A stretch of DNA of 64,000 nucleotides from Albugo candida (Eukaryota), in NCBI GenBank assembly GCA_040437565.1, contig JBDOQK010000001.1:868001-932000 (forward strand), read 5' to 3'. Below, piece by piece: positions 58,501-64,000 of the stretch. How positions within the stretch are numbered: position 1 is the first letter of the stretch; every line of letters starts with the position of its first letter. The position numbers and the translations under genes are program-made. Under the pieces are notes generated by a model. That model had not been told where the DNA came from. It was given only the letters and a program-made list of their open reading frames with translations, and did not search any database.

Positions 58501-60768
58501 AACGATCAAATACGCCACCAAGGAAGCCATTGAGTGTCTCAACCATGAAATGGAAAAGCGACTCGTACACGGACCGTATAAATGTATCTCTGGCTTTATT
58601 TGCTTGTGCCACTGTCACAACTTTCAAGGAGGAGACTGCTTTATTGTTCTCATCGCGGGAGAAAAATTGTCGAGTTCGGAAATAATTGTCAAGGACAACA
58701 GGTTCCACATCGAGTAAGTGGGCTACCAGTGTGATTTGTGCAGGGTCTTTTAGCACACACGAAGCTGCATTAAGTACAGAGTCTCTTCTTCCAGGATTTC
58801 CAGTTGCGTCGTATGTCTGATCTCTCGTCGACCCTTCCCCAGAAGTCTCAGGTACAAATTCAACGTTTCCCAGATGTAGTAGACCAGCGATAATACGAAT
58901 AATCTCAAGTCTTTGAGACTTACGGATCCTCAATACTGAAAAACTTGACATTAGGTCGCGATAATCTCGAGCATCTATCGTTTCATCTCCCCCCGGTGCA
59001 GTCGTGAATGGAGGGAATGAACCCACTGAATCAGATTGATTCTTGAGCAAAGCAAAGTCATTGGCGCATTTGTTACTCAGTTCAAGCTGTTCTCGTAAGC
59101 CTGGATCGTGCTGTACACCAGCCAACACTTGATAAAATACGTGAAAATTGCGTTCATCATACCGAGTTTCGATGACACGAGACTTCTCGAAATAATGAAT
59201 CGTAAACCCTCCGCCGATCAAGTGACGGTGCTTGTTGAATTCGACCGATATCATTTTCGCAAAACGAGACGAGTTTCGATTCTGTCGCGTCGTCGCATTA
59301 CCAAAGCTTTCCAAAACTGAGAATGCATGCAGAATTTGCTGCCCAACAGAATGCGCCGTTGAATTCGCGTTGAGAGAGTCCGACTGAAGAGAAGCCGACG
59401 ATGTGTTTTGCTGAGCACTTTGTGGCGCTTTAGGAGTGCTTGTCGGAACATCAGCGAGTTCCCTGCCTTCCACTAGCAGATCGGCAGTCTCTGTCTCTTC
59501 ACCATACTCGCACAAATATTGCACAAGTAATTTCGCGGCATCAGACTTCCCGGAACCCATGACGCCGACAAGAATAATGGCCTGGTCTTCGCCTGTGTCT
59601 TGCATGAATCGAAAGGCATTATGAGCCATTGCAAACAGGTGCGGCGGGATGCTGTTGTAATTTATTGTTTTCGGGGCGCCCATGAAATATGTGCCCAAAG
59701 AAGACGAGGCATGGCTAGATGCAAGCGATTGTGTCGAGAAACCCACTGCGCTACTTGCCAGAGACCCTGCAGCAGTCATTGTCAGGTCAAGCTGCTGTTG
59801 TTGCTGCATCATGTCCTGCATAACTAAGGGTGTATAAATCGGTAAAGATACCACTGGATTAATGCTAATCAAAACACGATCCATCCATGTGTATATCTGA
59901 TCGATGCGATATCGTGCTCGTAGTGTATACAGTACGATATTTTCCAATTGTTTCTGTGAGAAGACTTCATTTTTTCCACTGTCTCCCTTAAAAAAACGCT
60001 CGTCAGAATTCAGAGCTTGACTCCATTTAAGAATAATCTTAACCTTACATTTGTTGCCATCAAAGGAATGGAGCTTAAATCTTGAATGTTCCGAGATGGT
60101 GCTGTTTTGGGATGATGACAAAGCGGTATTCTGACGTAATCAGAATTTCTTATTTCCCGTTCTTCTCCATCTTCGGTATGTACAGTAATCACAGGTTTCT
60201 CATGGTCAGTAACGGGATCGTATATATATCCTACTCGGACAACACTAGCTGGAATGACGCCTTCTTTACGTTGTGTACCGCCTACATCGCAATCGACCAA
60301 AAGATGTGTATTCTCTGTATTGCCACTAGATTCCGGAACCCATATATGATCTCCTTCGTCAATCATTCCAGAACGACTATCGGCGTATCCATTTGCTGTT
60401 GTAGAATGATCAACCGATCCCTTGGTCCGTGAATTCTTTCTTGCTTTGTTCGTTAGCGGTGATTGACCCATTGGTGTTTTTCGTTGCGAAATACTAGGAC
60501 TGATAGTACCGAGATCATTATTGTGTCCTGGCAAAGATGAAGAAATATTTAATGATTGGGAGCTTGACCCTGCAAGCAGAGTATTGCCACCGCCTTGTTC
60601 CATCGAATTGGTTCGCGCATGATTCCGATTCTGAAACTCGCTCGTATCTCCACGTGAAGAATGGCGTGGTCGTGTGATTGTATGCAGTCGAGGTACACCA
60701 GGAGATGACGAGCCATAACTTCTGGTAATGTCCAGCAAACTTGCTTGAGAAGGCCGAAAATTGGACAT
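52501..60768 (-). CDS. Unconventional myosin with C-terminal MyTH4-FERM tail (intron 59987-60048; gap-duplicated segment near the 3' end)
   Basis: Motor: 'IYTWMDRVLISINP', 'PPHLFAMA', P-loop GVMGSGKS, 'LESFGNA.T..N.NSSRF', 'ERNFHVFYQ' and 'FTIEHYHG'. IQ-like 'CATMIQRSLL'. MyTH4 'DEIYIQLMKQLTKNP...RGWAL'. FERM-like 'LTYIQAVDDVLSG...ARLAA'. Confidence 0.9.
52889..52988. other. 100-N gap; 52754-52888 duplicated at 52989-53123
   Basis: Direct identity. Confidence 0.95.
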
Positions 60769-63065
60769 ATTCAGTGTTCGATATGCAGGAAAAGCAGTGA
60801 AAGCGATTAGATACTCAAAACGTTACGAAGATCGTGTCGTCTTTATCTTTTCGGTGTAGACTATGTGTTCAGCTCCTTCCTAGTTCCGTATGTTATGTAA
60901 GCCTTCGACTTTCCGTGCAAGGGTTGCAAGACATACGGGTGGGTTCGTGGATATGTTATGGGTTCAGTCGAATACATAAGGCGTAATACAATATCGAACA
61001 TTTGATGAGTTTACATTTGTCGTCTAAGCTATCCCGGAAAAGGTTACAGCCACAATCATCTTATGAATATCAGCGGCTGTACTCAAGATTTGGTCATTGT
61101 GAACTATGAAAATAATGCAGGTACCCAATTTGTGTACTTGTACGAGACGCTCGGGGCAGTCATGCACATCCGTCATGATATCCCCAATCATCTCTTTCTT
61201 TTGTAAACAAGACTTTCAATCGAAAGGGGCTTGCTAGAGACAGGATCATATGATTGTTCATGAGAGTGACATTTCCAGTCCGGATCGCTGCTATTTCATT
61301 ATTGTTGTTCAAGCCAATGAGGTGCGATGACGGTATGGTTCCAAGTGTTGAGAATTGCGGTAGAGCGAAACATTGAGAATGCCAACAATCTTACTACGCA
61401 TTGGCACATGTGAGTTAACTTCGGGCTAGATGGAATATTATGATTTATGGACTTTCATTCGGTTTCCGTGTACTGCATCAAGAATACCAGTGAGACAGTT
61501 TTATATACCCGCGCAATACAAGTGGTGCTGCTGTTCTTTGTGCGGTTGAAGTCAATTGAGTAGTTCTCTCCATACACCCAGCAGCTTTCCGTACATTCGA
61601 TTATAAGACCGGGCATAGTCCTTCTCGCTGATCCATTACTTGTATATGACCCGCTTTCTCGACATCACTAGGCAATATTCTATTCAGCGCATGTAGAACG
61701 ACTAGGCAAGCCAATGCCTCTGAGTCTTCTATGATCTGTACATTTGTTGCATGCTTCACCCTATTTCACGTCATTATTGTGTACTGTTAATTGGTTTTTT
61801 TCCACTTGATATTCAACATCCCGTTTTGCGAAAGATGACAATGCTTGATTCAACCAGCCTTGATCCTGGAGTCTACTTAAGTCGAATATGCACATTTGCT
61901 AGAATCATCTATCTCGCTGTTGAATATTCGTGAAGTACATTTCCTATAACTACAGTCTGATGCTCAGTTTGATCTCCACGTTAAGCACGGCGTCTTGTAA
62001 TTGCATGCAACCGACTTGCATCGAATTTAACATGTTCGACTTGTTCAGCAAGTCAGTATCAGAAGCCCTCCCAGATATGTTCTGGTCTCTCGATCTGCGT
62101 GAAAGCTCTTCAATCAGCTCCTTCCAATGACGCGTATATGATGAAATACTTTTGATATAAAATGAAGAGTGACAAGACAAAGCGGCCGCTTTTCAACTTA
62201 TTCGCTTGATTGTACAGAGCTCACATCTTTCGCCAAATTGGTACAAAATGCTCATATTTTTGCATTGATTTCTACCCGTTCTAACGTTAAGTTTTCTGAT
62301 TGCGCTTTGCAGATAATTCTTGAACGTGAATCTCCAAAGAAAAATTTACGGGCTTGCGACTATCCAGAATTCATCTTTGTAATACATACGAGCACATTTC
62401 AACTCGCCTTCTCGTCAGAATTTCTCCTCTCTGTTTCTTCAATGAAAATTCATAACACATGGTCACGACGTTCGTCAACGTCTCAAGCCCAGATCATTGC
62501 TTTATTTAACTCATGTTCAACATATTGAATGCAGGAACCTCGCATTTCACTTAAACGGTCGATTCGGCTGCGAGAAATTGTTGAGTCTTGATGAGAGCTG
62601 AAGGTAGTTTTAGTCGCATATTATCTTCCATCCTTTTAACACAGGAAAGAAATTTCAAGCTGAATGCTAAGAATATCCGAAGTGTGAAAATGTCCAAGTT
62701 TTGTCATCCCCGTCGGAATATTCGACACGAAGTGGCTACATTCCGCAAATTTGTCAAATTGTGCAATATCCTTCTTAGCCCAAGAAAGTGAGAACCGATA
62801 CTCGTCGGCCATCAAGTCGATCATCTTGCGTTAGCTAAGCGGGGAGGTACCATTTGTCTCTGTTGTGTTGGAGACAAAGATTACACGCTTAACTTTATTC
62901 TCGTACACGTTGTAGACCATTCTATTTATTCACCATGCTGACCTCACTCACCCCATCCGCTAAACTTCTGCAATGTGAGCACGTATTGTGACCTTCGTGT
63001 AACGGGAAGTGGTCCATATAGGTGTGATTCTATTTCGAGCCGCAGAGGCGGTTGAGATGATTGGC

Positions 63066-63572
63066 CTACCTTTCACAAACTAGTTGCGTATCAAGTTTAA
63101 ATTTCTGCCATACCCCACCGCATTTTATCAAGTGATGATCATTCAAGAAAAAGCTTGTATCTGATTCAAGCAACTGAACATCGACCTGAAATTCATCGTT
63201 AAGGATCAAAGCTTCGTCATTTGGCTTGATAAGACCACACTTTATCACGTATACATATGCGTAAATCAGTTTGTCGAAAGAACCATACCATCGGACATCC
63301 CGTAGATACGAAAAAGCAATCTGCGCCTGAAAGCATTTCCACGGGATTAAGAAACGCACGCATGAAAGGATATCGTTTTGTACCATTCCAGCCAAGCTAG
63401 CATAACATGCAGAGTCGATCATCTTGTCAATTTTTTGATTGTATGTGTCAATCGATTTTAATTCTCCAGTTGGTAGCTTCAACATAGATTTCCGATCCTC
63501 GCAATTTGGAGTATATGGCAAATCTTTATCTAGTGCCGCCTCTAGTATTGGTGCTCGATACAGCCATTCCAA
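63066..63572 (-). pseudogene. Fragment of a probably decayed gene, possibly continuing in broken frames from ~61.9 to 63.9 kb
   Basis: 168-aa ORF with protein-like composition. Adjacent minus-strand ORF fragments lie at 62636-62824 and 61950-62180. No family recognised. Confidence 0.3.
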
Positions 63573-64000
63573 TGAAAGATCGACTGCTAAAGAACTAAGA
63601 TCGTTTCATTTTAGAAGTGCCAGCCGAGTATTAGAAGGCGCATGGCATGATCGTAGCAGCCCAAATCCAAACTTTCGATCTCTGACTCTGGATCCTCACA
63701 ACATCACCGTACATATACAAAATCTTCATAGATTATGGAAGCAAAACAGAAAGAAAATGCTTCCGTGTCACATCCCACTATACTCCTTCCAAGCAGGCCT
63801 TCCCACTCTATCATATTTCGAATATACTGGCAAGGCGGCACACGGCATTAGCATTGTTTTCAGTCTTGACAAACGGCACAAGATCAATTGTACTGCTAAG
63901 ATGAATAACCGAAATCAAAAATTTACTTATTCTTGAGCTGAAAAGCTTTCACCTTGCAATTGGGCTTTTTCAGAGTAGTGGGTTTCAAAAGGTGAACCAA

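Noticed and set aside
6101-60768. Numerous antisense and overlapping ORFs inside UTP10, eIF3c, GNPTAB and the myosin
   Set aside because: These are expected shadow ORFs of long coding sequences.
1-64000. CRISPR arrays, rRNA, tRNA, prokaryotic defence operons
   Set aside because: None seen. The context is intron-containing eukaryotic DNA with no repeat-spacer arrays or tRNA cloverleaf motifs detected by eye.

Overview
Eukaryotic, gene-dense genomic DNA with short (~50-70 nt) spliceosomal introns. Gene content and architecture suggest an oomycete, possibly an Albugo-like biotroph; the taxon is inferred, not confirmed. Positions 1-39 kb hold housekeeping genes: a PH-domain gene, a group-3 LEA-like protein, a CUE-family-like coiled-coil protein, COX16, UTP10/HEATR1, an MPLKIP-motif protein, an amino-acid transporter, PheRS-beta, eIF3c, endonuclease III, UROD, GlcNAc-1-phosphotransferase, signal peptide peptidase, ATP synthase subunit f and UROS. 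A prokaryote-like tandem ParB/Srx-domain protein sits next to UROS. A RING protein lies at 41 kb. A gene-poor stretch (42-52 kb) carries two inverted, decayed paralogous genes, followed by a large divergent MyTH4-FERM myosin (52.5-60.8 kb). Ten 100-N scaffold gaps are present, and nine are flanked by duplicated sequence, which is an assembly or haplotype artefact. Best leads: (1) the double ParB/Srx (SbnI/SerK-like fold) protein beside haem-pathway genes; (2) an unassigned structured-RNA candidate at ~20.4-20.65 kb; (3) an apparent GA-AG intron in COX16; (4) the inverted pseudogene pair; (5) altered motor motifs in the myosin.
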